Below, piece after piece: positions 55,337 through 64,000 of a stretch of 64,000 nt of DNA; position 1 is the stretch's first letter, and every line of letters begins with the position of its first letter. The stretch spans positions 1-64,000 of the IMG/VR virus record IMGVR_UViG_3300011741_000001, one strand, 5' to 3'. The position numbers were made by a program, and so were the translations under genes. Source of the stretch: an uncultured virus (IMG/VR IMGVR_UViG_3300011741_000001) (taxonomy: Duplodnaviria > Heunggongvirae > Uroviricota > Caudoviricetes). Below the pieces are notes generated by a model, which was given only the letters and a program-made list of their open reading frames with translations, did no database searches and was not told the DNA's origin.

Positions 55337-58300
55337 TTAACTGACTTTGGGGAGTTTGGGAACCGGTTTCCCGTCCAGAATATCCCCGACACATGTCCCC
55401 CCGACGATCGCTACGCCGTTGGTGGTGCCGATACGCATAAAGGAACCGACGATACGCGCGTCTACGGAGTTACGGCCGAATTTCGAATCGACCGGTTCAC
55501 CGTCCTCGGTGTGGTTCTCACCCGTCATGACCTGATACACGGTGGTTTTCAGCTGGTTCACGAGAACCATCTTGTCCGCCGCCGCCATCGGAGCACGGTG
55601 GGTAATGTAGAATTTCACCACGAGGTTCTGGTATGCCAGTGGCACGCCTTCCACACGGTAGTCCCCGTTGACGCTACCTGACGTTGGAATGTCGCCGCCG
55701 ATAGCTGTCGCTTTACGTTTACGTGCCCGGTCGTATTTCGTGACCAGTGCCGCCAAACTGGGGGTCAAATCCTCAGGCTCTCCGTGGTACACCACTTCGA
55801 TTTTGTCGATGTGGCCACGGACACCTGCACGTGGAGCAAACGAACTCAATTCGTACAATGTGGCGGCTGCCTCTTTCGAGAAGCCTTCCACATCCCCTGA
55901 CAGGTTGTCACTGAAGGTGCATAGGATACTGTCCACCTCTACGTGGTCGCCCTCTTTCAGACTTTCCATCAAGTTCTGGTTGAAGCCAATGGTCACCTCT
56001 TTGACTTTGGTTACGTCAGCTGCTAACTGGTCAGCGATCCGCTGACTGATTGTGCAGGAGTCCTCAATAACCTCTTCGCCTTCGATAAGTGCCACCCACG
56101 CCACAACACCGTCTTTCAGGTTCACCTGATACGGGTCCAACAGGTCAGGTTCGAAGTGGGCTTCGTTATAAGTGACGATCGCTCCGGCCGGAAGCTTGTC
56201 ACCCTTTTTCCACTTGGTCACCAGTGTGTGGGGATAATAACTCCCCTCGTGCGGGCCAAACCAGCGTCCCAGTTCAAACGCTTCTTCGGTACCGTCTTTG
56301 TATTTCACTTTCACGTGCACGTCATCAACTTCGGTGACGGTGCAGTCCTGATCGGTACGACGGGCATGTTTCACCGAGGTACGGTGTGCCACCACCTTCC
56401 CGCCTTCGGTACGGTATGGCATGACGGTCGCACCCGTACACGCCATCGCTGACCCCCACTGGATACCCACGAAGTTTTGACGTTTCGCATCATCCATCAA
56501 GGTATCCGGTACCAAGCCGTCCACAAAGGACAACAGTTGGCCCGGCTTCAGGTCTTCGACTTTCCCACGGTTAGTGGTGCCGTCAATCGTATCAAAGCCC
56601 GGGTTTGCCGTCAGGAACGCGGTAATCCCTACATCACCGTTATCCACGGTGTTACCGGACACAATCCCTAAGTCCGATTCCTGGAACTGACGGGTATGGT
56701 AAACCATGGTTTTGCGGTTGCGTCCCCCGGTACCCCCCATCGTAATCACATCACGTTCTTTGGTGCACTGAATCGGGTTAGCGCCCGGTGCCAGCAGCAC
56801 AGACGGGTCGGAGTTGATTGCGCCCCAGACCATATCCGGTGTCAGCTCGAAACGACGGGAACTGCCCGGTGCGTTACGGTAGTTACGCATCGCTCGCACC
56901 ATCGCCGTGTAGACGTGATAGGCAATACGCTGGTTCCCAACAAACATCATCTCCTCGCCGTTGATTTCCGGTTTGGAGAAGTCGTTCTGCAGCATCTCGT
57001 TCGAGCGCTCCAGCAGACCAATGAATGTTTCCGGCTCGCCCATCTTACGCAGAACACGTGCATGCATGTCATCCACAAACGCGAACCGCATTTGTGTCAG
57101 CTCGTTGATATACCTCGGAGTGAGTTTATCGGCATCACGAATCAGGTTAAGATAGATATCCTCGCGCTCCACTTCGGACTCGGTATAAGCCACAAAGAGT
57201 TTGAGGTATTTGTCCAAGCCATGGACAATCATGCGTTGTTGGTCGTTGTCACACATCACGACCACTTTGGCGTCCGCTAAACGAATCACCGAATCGAAAC
57301 CGGTCTTATCAACCCGTTGCCCCGGTGGGAGAATCTCGTAGCGAATCCCAAAGTGTTTGAGCATCCCGGTTAACCCGAGATAGAAAGAGAACACCAGACC
57401 CAACGACAGGGCTTGCCCCATCAGTGAGAGTTCAGTGCATTCACGCTTGGCATCCGATTGGTCAATGGCCAGGGTATCAGCCAGTGTACCCAACGGTTCC
57501 AGCTTGTCGCCTTTCACGCGATACACCTGCGAGTGCGAGTCCATCCCCAGTACACCGTTACGACCGGTTGCCACCGGAATCAACTCTTTGGTCTGGAAGT
57601 CGTCGACTACTTCTTTTCCGTAGAACTGTTCCGCTGACGCATGATCGAAGTTCCAGCGATAGCCGATAGCGTTAAACGTCGACACGCGGCGCGCAACCAT
57701 CGTGTAATGCCGTGGCAGCGGCACTAACGGGTTGAACACATTGGCGAGTTTCGCATCGGTAATCTCGGTGTTCTTTGGATCAACTGCCCGCGTAATAATC
57801 GCGTTGGTAAGCCAACGACCGTAATCGTTAACCACCTTATCACTGCGACGGACAAAGTTCTTGCCGTACGCCGTGGTCAAGGCCACCGTGTCGTAGCTGA
57901 CTTTACGAATCGGGACATCTACACGCTGCTGACGCATGGTGTATTCGGTGCCGTTCGCCACCCACGTACCGTCTGCGGTCAGGGAAGGGACACTGAAACG
58001 AACCGTTACAGGTTCCCCGCCAACAGGTTGCAGGCGAAGTTGGTGGTGCTCGACGTTCCCGGTCGGAGAGACTTCTTTCTCCACGGTGTGGTTGTGAACG
58101 ACCAGACCCAGACGTTGGGACGAGGCGACTGCACCCAGAATATCCTTCGGCAGGACTTTCTGGTTGTAGCGACGTACCTTGTCGTCGGTGGTGTTCTTCG
58201 TCCATGACTCGTCCGTGATGTGTGGTTCCGGAAGCAGGGTCACTTCCTTCACAGCGATGTCCTTCGCCTCAATCTTCAGTGCTTCACCGTACGACTCTTT

Positions 58301-59512
58301 CGGGTTGTACGGGTTCGGTAAGTTATTGAACGCCTCGGTAGAGTCATTCAGGAACTTGTAGGCTTTGGCAGACATCCGGCCTGCTTCCGCCATTTTCTCA
58401 ACCTGCTGCTTAATCACGTCACCGTGGTTGATGGTTTTCTCCACCACAATGGTGGTTGGCTTCACATCTTCCTTCACGTCCTGCACCACGATGTCTTCTT
58501 TCTCATCGAAGTGCTCGTCGTCTTCCACGGTGTCTTCAACGTCGAGGTCATCGTCTTCATCGATCCCGTCGACATTGTCTTCGACCGGGTTCGGTTCAGA
58601 AATCACCACATCGTCGGTAGTGTCAGAAGAGGCAGGTTGTTCAAAGTCGATATCGGCTGCCGGATCAGGGCTGCGCATCATCACCTGTACCAGCAAGTTA
58701 AAGAACTTACGAGACAGTTGGTCGTCTGGCATACGTCCGCCAGAGGATTTGCGCATCGCCTCCACCACACCCATGTTCATCACGGTGAAACCCGCGTTGT
58801 GGGTGAAGATGAAGTTCATGCGACCGAGTTCGGTGTTCGACCACTCAGCAAACACTGAGTCTTCTTTCCGACCAATCGCCCACGCAAAGATTTCCAGCAA
58901 CCACTGAAGTTCAAAGCTCTGGAAGCGCTCCAGTTTGGTTTTGATGCGATCGCTGCAGGTGTTCTTGAACTTGTCGTACGCCGGCAGTACCGGGCCTACG
59001 TTCAGAATGTAATAGTTCTGACGCGGGAAGGTCTGGGCATCCTGACGCATCTGGTTTGCCATCGTCACCACGACGTTGTGCAGACGGTCGTACCACGCGA
59101 GCTGCGTATCCGCATAGCGGTAGTGCGGCAGCATCGGGGTGTAGTTTTCAATCAGCAGGGTTTTCAGGTCTTTCTGTACCAGAGCATCCGTCTGCATGCG
59201 ACGGAAGTTACGGTTCGCACGGTGGTACGTCAGAATCGAACGCTCTTGCCCTTGCACCGGTACCGGGATCGGTTTCCCGGTAATGCCGTCGGTCGCCAGA
59301 CGAAAATGGTGACGTACCTGTGCAGGTTTTTCTAACCCCTGCAGATACGGTAACGTATTCGGCGGGGCCAATACCACCTGGTCTAAGTCGACCGTGTGGA
59401 ACACAGACCCACGGGGGATCTGCAGCTTCTCCAGCGGGATAATACGCGGCTTACTGAATTCCTCAGTACGGCGTATGGAGAAGTGTTGGTTAAATTGGCG
59501 GATTAACAGCAT
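55337..59512 (-). CDS. Virion RNA polymerase beta subunit (phiKZ gp178-like)
   Basis: GGTGG, DNGDVG, DDAKRQ, IEDSCTISQ, ADKM...NQLKTTV motifs; long N-terminal extension with acidic linker. Confidence 0.92.
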   Translation of the reverse strand: MLLIRQFNQHFSIRRTEEFSKPRIIPLEKLQIPRGSVFHTVDLDQVVLAPPNTLPYLQGLEKPAQVRHHFRLATDGITGKPIPVPVQGQERSILTYHRANRNFRRMQTDALVQKDLKTLLIENYTPMLPHYRYADTQLAWYDRLHNVVVTMANQMRQDAQTFPRQNYYILNVGPVLPAYDKFKNTCSDRIKTKLERFQSFELQWLLEIFAWAIGRKEDSVFAEWSNTELGRMNFIFTHNAGFTVMNMGVVEAMRKSSGGRMPDDQLSRKFFNLLVQVMMRSPDPAADIDFEQPASSDTTDDVVISEPNPVEDNVDGIDEDDDLDVEDTVEDDEHFDEKEDIVVQDVKEDVKPTTIVVEKTINHGDVIKQQVEKMAEAGRMSAKAYKFLNDSTEAFNNLPNPYNPKESYGEALKIEAKDIAVKEVTLLPEPHITDESWTKNTTDDKVRRYNQKVLPKDILGAVASSQRLGLVVHNHTVEKEVSPTGNVEHHQLRLQPVGGEPVTVRFSVPSLTADGTWVANGTEYTMRQQRVDVPIRKVSYDTVALTTAYGKNFVRRSDKVVNDYGRWLTNAIITRAVDPKNTEITDAKLANVFNPLVPLPRHYTMVARRVSTFNAIGYRWNFDHASAEQFYGKEVVDDFQTKELIPVATGRNGVLGMDSHSQVYRVKGDKLEPLGTLADTLAIDQSDAKRECTELSLMGQALSLGLVFSFYLGLTGMLKHFGIRYEILPPGQRVDKTGFDSVIRLADAKVVVMCDNDQQRMIVHGLDKYLKLFVAYTESEVEREDIYLNLIRDADKLTPRYINELTQMRFAFVDDMHARVLRKMGEPETFIGLLERSNEMLQNDFSKPEINGEEMMFVGNQRIAYHVYTAMVRAMRNYRNAPGSSRRFELTPDMVWGAINSDPSVLLAPGANPIQCTKERDVITMGGTGGRNRKTMVYHTRQFQESDLGIVSGNTVDNGDVGITAFLTANPGFDTIDGTTNRGKVEDLKPGQLLSFVDGLVPDTLMDDAKRQNFVGIQWGSAMACTGATVMPYRTEGGKVVAHRTSVKHARRTDQDCTVTEVDDVHVKVKYKDGTEEAFELGRWFGPHEGSYYPHTLVTKWKKGDKLPAGAIVTYNEAHFEPDLLDPYQVNLKDGVVAWVALIEGEEVIEDSCTISQRIADQLAADVTKVKEVTIGFNQNLMESLKEGDHVEVDSILCTFSDNLSGDVEGFSKEAAATLYELSSFAPRAGVRGHIDKIEVVYHGEPEDLTPSLAALVTKYDRARKRKATAIGGDIPTSGSVNGDYRVEGVPLAYQNLVVKFYITHRAPMAAADKMVLVNQLKTTVYQVMTGENHTEDGEPVDSKFGRNSVDARIVGSFMRIGTTNGVAIVGGTCVGDILDGKPVPKLPKVS

Positions 59513-59521
59513 TCTAAGACC

Positions 59522-61135
59522 TTAGCGTAAAAGTGCATTAAGTGAACGGGCAATCACGTCGTTCACAGGGCTAACCTTAAAGCTGCCGTCTGTCGCAAAC
59601 CAGTAGTTCTTGGAGTTTACCCAGCGCCGGTTCTCTTCCAGCGCCTCCATGCTCATCGCGGAGTTCGCTGAACCGGTGTCGCCGTCGTAGTCACCACCCA
59701 GCCCCGCTAAGCGGGAAGGGTGCGGTGCCATTGATTCCACAAACGTCTCCACAGTACGATCTGGGAAGCTCACCGCCGGTTTCGGCTTGATGGTTGTCCA
59801 GTCGTCTTCCAGCTCGCGCAGGAATAAAGAAGAGGTTGTGGTCTCCAATCTTATGGTCGAGGCATACGTAGACCCCCTACCCGCTACCGGGTATCGGGTG
59901 ATATCTGAGAAATAGCTGTTCCACAGATCGTAGCCGGACAGATACAGCAGCTCAGCCAAACTGAGCCCACGCACCAACCCACGGTCAAACGTTTTCGGCA
60001 TCTCTTCGATGTCAAAGAAAACCTTGAAGTTGTGTTTGTCCTGATAGATGAGCGCAACGTAATGCGTAGCATCAATCATCAATGGTTGGTGGCGGAGTTC
60101 ACGTGCTTCCATACGGTTGATCAGGGTTTCAATCCCGTCGTCCGTGGTAAAGAGGTCGTACACCTTGCCGCGGACTTCCATGAATTCGCGTCGCAGCGTT
60201 TTCGTGTTGACCCCGTACAGGTTGCCGTCACCGGCGCGGATGTTGCTTAAGTAACGCTCGCGAATGTGGTATTGCGCCACCGGTAACAGCGCTTTGAGAG
60301 TCTGATACAATCCCATACGGGTATCGGTGGGTCGCACCTCATCTTCACGCCCCATGACTTTCGACCCGGTCGGGAACGAGGACAGCACGTTACGTGTCCC
60401 GTTCATCAGACGACGTCGTGTCACCTTCCTACGGGCGAAGCCGCCTTTCCCATCGAGGATGTTAAAGAAGTACATCCAGATGTCGTTAAACGTGCTCTGC
60501 AATTTCCAGCGTACCGGGTCGGTTAAATCGACACGCGCGTTACGGTCTGGAATGGCACGGGATAACGAAATCAGTCGGCGGTATAATCCCCCAATGTCTT
60601 CTTCCTGGTCGCGGCCGTCTTGACGCACCACCAAATCACGTAACCCCGCGGGAAGCACGAGCGCATAGCGGCTCAGTGACACATCGCGGAATTTAAAGAA
60701 GAAGTCAAGGGAGTCGTCACGACGCATCGAGTCGTTACGGGCGGGGTTGAGCTCTTTGTAATGCGCCAGAAAGAAATTGAAACCGGTGTCAGCGTTCTTG
60801 TCACCGCTTAACGCTGGCTCGAAATCTTTCTCTTTGGCATTCCACGTCGCGAAGCGTTTACCGGCACAGATATCACCGTACAACGCTTTTAATTTAAACA
60901 GGCCCAAACAGACTGTCGGGGAAATGATGTCCAGTTTTAAGTCAATGTACGAAAACGTGGCATCACGTTCCTCACTGCCCACGAGGCCGAAAATTTCGGT
61001 AGAGTACAATCCTTCAGGGTGAAAGTTTTTCGTCATCCCTTGAAACGTATCCGTCGCCGTTATCGGTTTCAGACGGTTCACAAGGGAGGAATTGACATTC
61101 AATAAATAGAAGTCAATCCAGTTTAGCTTTTTCAT
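59522..61135 (-). CDS. Virion RNA polymerase beta' N-terminal catalytic subunit (phiKZ gp180-like)
   Basis: EGLYSTEIFG, VLPAGLRD, TRYP, catalytic GGDYDGD; ATG 61135 with GGGAG RBS. Confidence 0.93.
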   Translation of the reverse strand: MKKLNWIDFYLLNVNSSLVNRLKPITATDTFQGMTKNFHPEGLYSTEIFGLVGSEERDATFSYIDLKLDIISPTVCLGLFKLKALYGDICAGKRFATWNAKEKDFEPALSGDKNADTGFNFFLAHYKELNPARNDSMRRDDSLDFFFKFRDVSLSRYALVLPAGLRDLVVRQDGRDQEEDIGGLYRRLISLSRAIPDRNARVDLTDPVRWKLQSTFNDIWMYFFNILDGKGGFARRKVTRRRLMNGTRNVLSSFPTGSKVMGREDEVRPTDTRMGLYQTLKALLPVAQYHIRERYLSNIRAGDGNLYGVNTKTLRREFMEVRGKVYDLFTTDDGIETLINRMEARELRHQPLMIDATHYVALIYQDKHNFKVFFDIEEMPKTFDRGLVRGLSLAELLYLSGYDLWNSYFSDITRYPVAGRGSTYASTIRLETTTSSLFLRELEDDWTTIKPKPAVSFPDRTVETFVESMAPHPSRLAGLGGDYDGDTGSANSAMSMEALEENRRWVNSKNYWFATDGSFKVSPVNDVIARSLNALLR

Positions 61136-61163
61136 TAGTAGCTCCCGAATTGGAAAAAGAATC

Positions 61164-64000
61164 ATGGCTAAGAAAGGTGATTTTGACGATATCGATCTCG
61201 ACGATTTTAATTGGGATGATTTCGATGATCCACCGCGTCAAAAAGACAAGACGCGCAACCCGATAATAGAAACCGGCAACACGATTCGCAAATCAGCACT
61301 TGCCACGATTTGGCCAAAACACCAACGTGACCAAGTCATCCTGAAGGGGATGCCGAAGCCGGCCGCTGACGCCTACGCAGGCTATGCCAATGCGCGGGAT
61401 GCGACAAAGGACGTCTTCGCTCATACCAAAGAGGAGCTGGTCAAAACCAACCGTATTGTCAAACAGCAGGCCCGACAACTGGCCCCGACATTACGGAAGT
61501 ACCTGCCGGAAGGGCTGACCAAACGCATTGATAAATGGTCGAAGTCGGACATGGATCAGTCCATGCCGTACGACCCACGTCAAGCACAACTGGATCGCGA
61601 GTTAGGTTCGATTTTCTCCGGCCCGGGTGACAGCTCACCGCAGGACATGCGCGATGCCCGTAATGCCCAACGCGATGCGGCGGATCAAGCCACCACTGAC
61701 ATGATTCGCGACTCCGTACGCGACATGAAAGCCGATGCGTTGTTACAGACGACCATCGGGATGGCGAAGGACGTACACCTGCAGACGTCGCTTGCGAAAG
61801 GTGTGATGCTCAACGTCCAGCGTAAGCAGTTGGAACTGTCGTACCGTCAATTGTTCGCGTTGGAAGACCTGACCAAACTGACGCAGGCCCAGTACGAGCG
61901 TAACACCCCGGCACTGGAAGCCATCGTTAAGAACACCGCGTTACCGGACTACGCCAAAGAGGACTTCTCGGAAATCCACTGGGCGAACATCAAACGTAAA
62001 GCTGCAGAGTGGATGAACCCCCTGCGGTACGCGGAAGGGTTTGTTGAACAAATCCGTGAGAACACCAAAAAGAAAATCTCCCAAGGGTTTGGGGATCTTC
62101 GTGGGTTCCTGGAGATGGGCCTGAGTTCGATGCACGAAGACGACTTCGGCATGGAAGACAACTCAACCATCACCGCGGATAAACGGAAAAGCAACGCTGC
62201 CCAAAAGGCTGCCGGGTTAGCCGGTAAGCAGATTGGTAAACGGTTGCTCGGGCCGCAGGTCGAGAAGCTGCAGGGCAAAAGCCGGGAGTGGTTAGAAGCC
62301 AACCCGGAAATCATGAAGCAGCTGCAACGCGGGAAATACTTTGCGCAGAACGCCTCCTCTATTTCTAACTCCGGTATTGACGGGGAAGACATGGGGGTGG
62401 CGGGTAACCTGTTCCGAATGCTTAACGCCTTCGGGATTATCCAACCTTTCCGCCGTGAAGCGGGGATGCTGGATGAGCGTAACCCGGAGATGCTTTCGCG
62501 TGCCGCGAAGTTCGACCACCGTACGTGGCTCAGTATTAATGAAATCATTCCGGCATGGCTTGGGGAAATCAACAAGTCGATTCGTCGCGGTTACGGGGAA
62601 CATGCCAACCTGACGTACGACATCACCAGCCGTGGGTTCGTCGACCGCAAGGTGGTGGCGAACCGTGTCCGTGAATCGGTCGCCAACGACGGTGAGCGTA
62701 AACGTCTGTCTGCGTCCATTGACAAAACCGTGGACTTCATTGACCACAACAAGTCATTGAACCAGAAAGAGCGTGCGGCGTTAGCCGGCTATATCGAAGA
62801 GCGTGCCTCTACCGGGAAAGCGTTTGACATCAACGCGTTAACCCGCGATGCGTCGTCCATGAATCGGTTTATGTCACAAGAAGCCCAGTCGAAAGTCATG
62901 GGGTTACTCGGGTCGCACCCTGAGCAACGTCAAGGCGGTTCGTACGAGCTGTCGAATGCCTTAGCCGATCGCATGCGCGTCATCCAGTCCAGTATCTCGC
63001 GTCGTCAAGGGCGTATTGATGCGGCGGTGGGTGTCTACGGTGAACGCGCACTGCGCGATGCCGGCATCTTTAACTACGATGCGAAGAAAGACACCTTCGG
63101 GGTTGACCGTGACCTCAGTGACCCGTTGACGTTGTTCAACTCTCTGGAGATGGGCAAAACACGCAGTGGGCGTGCCCTGACCCGCGAACAGGAGATCCGG
63201 CGTAAGCTGGGTAACGGTTCTGCAGCCGGGGACTACCTGCGTCGTCTGGGACTGGACAGTGACCCGACCAACGACCTGTTGGGTGGCGAGTCGGCTTCTA
63301 AAGGGTTTGGTTCAGGCAAGTTCAGCCTGAGCGGGTTGAGTCTGTCGCATGTGCTGTACGGTGACAAACCGACCACGTTCCCACAGCTGTTCGAGGAATA
63401 CTCGAAACGCAAAGAAGGTACCACGGACACGAGCGATCGTATCATTGAGGCCATTCGTAGCGCTGACCCTAATCAGCTGCTGATTAAAATACTCGACCAT
63501 GTTCGTGACATGAACGAGGACGGGATTTATCTGTTAGGTCATCGGGGTGGCGGTTATGATGAAGATGAAGACGCCGAAGGTGGCGGCGGTGGTTCTGGTG
63601 GCCCTGGTCCTGGCGGGGGCGGCGGTCGAGGCCGTTGGCGTGATAGAGGTCGTCGTGCCGGTGACCAGGCTCGCGGACTCCTAAGCCGCTGGGGTGGGTT
63701 GATTAAAGACACCACCGGACGTGGTTACCGTTTTGGTAAGCGTCAAGCCCAACAAGGTTGGCGTCGGGGCAGAGCGTCGTGGAACTGGTTGCGCAGTAAA
63801 ATGCCGACCGGTGGCCCGAGTCTGTTCAGTCGCTTGCAGGGTACCGCAGCGAATATGTTCTCAGGAGCCCGGACGTTTGGGCGTAACCTGATGGGTGCCA
63901 AAGACATCTACAATGCACAAGGCAAAGTGGTGTTGAACGGCAAACGCTTAGCGGCAGGGGAATACTACCAGATTGGTAAAGGTCAGTCCGGGAAGATGAC
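61164..64000 (+). CDS. Tape-measure-like large tail protein (phiKZ gp181-like), runs off the right edge
   Basis: Frame from ATG 61164 (MAKKGDFDDIDLDDFNWDDF...) appears open to the window end, so it is missing from the track; helical composition; divergent from vRNAP beta'N as in phiKZ. Confidence 0.8.
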   Translation, partial: MAKKGDFDDIDLDDFNWDDFDDPPRQKDKTRNPIIETGNTIRKSALATIWPKHQRDQVILKGMPKPAADAYAGYANARDATKDVFAHTKEELVKTNRIVKQQARQLAPTLRKYLPEGLTKRIDKWSKSDMDQSMPYDPRQAQLDRELGSIFSGPGDSSPQDMRDARNAQRDAADQATTDMIRDSVRDMKADALLQTTIGMAKDVHLQTSLAKGVMLNVQRKQLELSYRQLFALEDLTKLTQAQYERNTPALEAIVKNTALPDYAKEDFSEIHWANIKRKAAEWMNPLRYAEGFVEQIRENTKKKISQGFGDLRGFLEMGLSSMHEDDFGMEDNSTITADKRKSNAAQKAAGLAGKQIGKRLLGPQVEKLQGKSREWLEANPEIMKQLQRGKYFAQNASSISNSGIDGEDMGVAGNLFRMLNAFGIIQPFRREAGMLDERNPEMLSRAAKFDHRTWLSINEIIPAWLGEINKSIRRGYGEHANLTYDITSRGFVDRKVVANRVRESVANDGERKRLSASIDKTVDFIDHNKSLNQKERAALAGYIEERASTGKAFDINALTRDASSMNRFMSQEAQSKVMGLLGSHPEQRQGGSYELSNALADRMRVIQSSISRRQGRIDAAVGVYGERALRDAGIFNYDAKKDTFGVDRDLSDPLTLFNSLEMGKTRSGRALTREQEIRRKLGNGSAAGDYLRRLGLDSDPTNDLLGGESASKGFGSGKFSLSGLSLSHVLYGDKPTTFPQLFEEYSKRKEGTTDTSDRIIEAIRSADPNQLLIKILDHVRDMNEDGIYLLGHRGGGYDEDEDAEGGGGGSGGPGPGGGGGRGRWRDRGRRAGDQARGLLSRWGGLIKDTTGRGYRFGKRQAQQGWRRGRASWNWLRSKMPTGGPSLFSRLQGTAANMFSGARTFGRNLMGAKDIYNAQGKVVLNGKRLAAGEYYQIGKGQSGKM

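Noticed and set aside
1..64000. Stop-codon reassignment or suppressor tRNA
   Set aside because: Core genes are full length in the standard code, and no CTA/TTA/TCA anticodon tRNA is present; the TAA anticodon is an ordinary Leu tRNA

Overview
This 64-kb window comes from a nucleus-forming phiKZ-like jumbo phage (Chimalliviridae); its gene order matches the SPN3US/Erwinia-phage type. The left part (mostly minus strand) is the nucleus/transcription core: non-virion RNA polymerase subunits, candidate PicA/Imp1 and ChmC, an SbcD-like nuclease, chimallin and the polymerase half of a split family-B DNA polymerase. The middle (28.2-33.7 kb) is largely non-coding. It holds 7 intact tRNA genes, 3 degenerate or tRNA-like elements, several structured RNA-like blocks of 70-500 nt, an orphan TAXI solute-binding protein and an oriC-like AT-rich/GATC/IHF-site locus. 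The right part encodes the terminase, virion proteins, tail sheath and tube, HD and HAD phosphohydrolases, prohead protease, two virion RNAP subunits and the start of the tape-measure-like gene. Most notable observations: (1) chimallin, the PicA candidate and its downstream neighbour share a C-terminal tail motif, and the neighbour carries nucleoporin-like GSLLGG/SLFG repeats; (2) an array of unannotated structured ncRNA candidates, one with its own promoter; (3) the candidate origin or packaging site; (4) two phage promoter motifs; (5) catalytically degenerate ligase-like and 5'-nuclease-like proteins. All orthology calls rest on motifs and recalled synteny, and RNA folds were found by eye; no searches were run.
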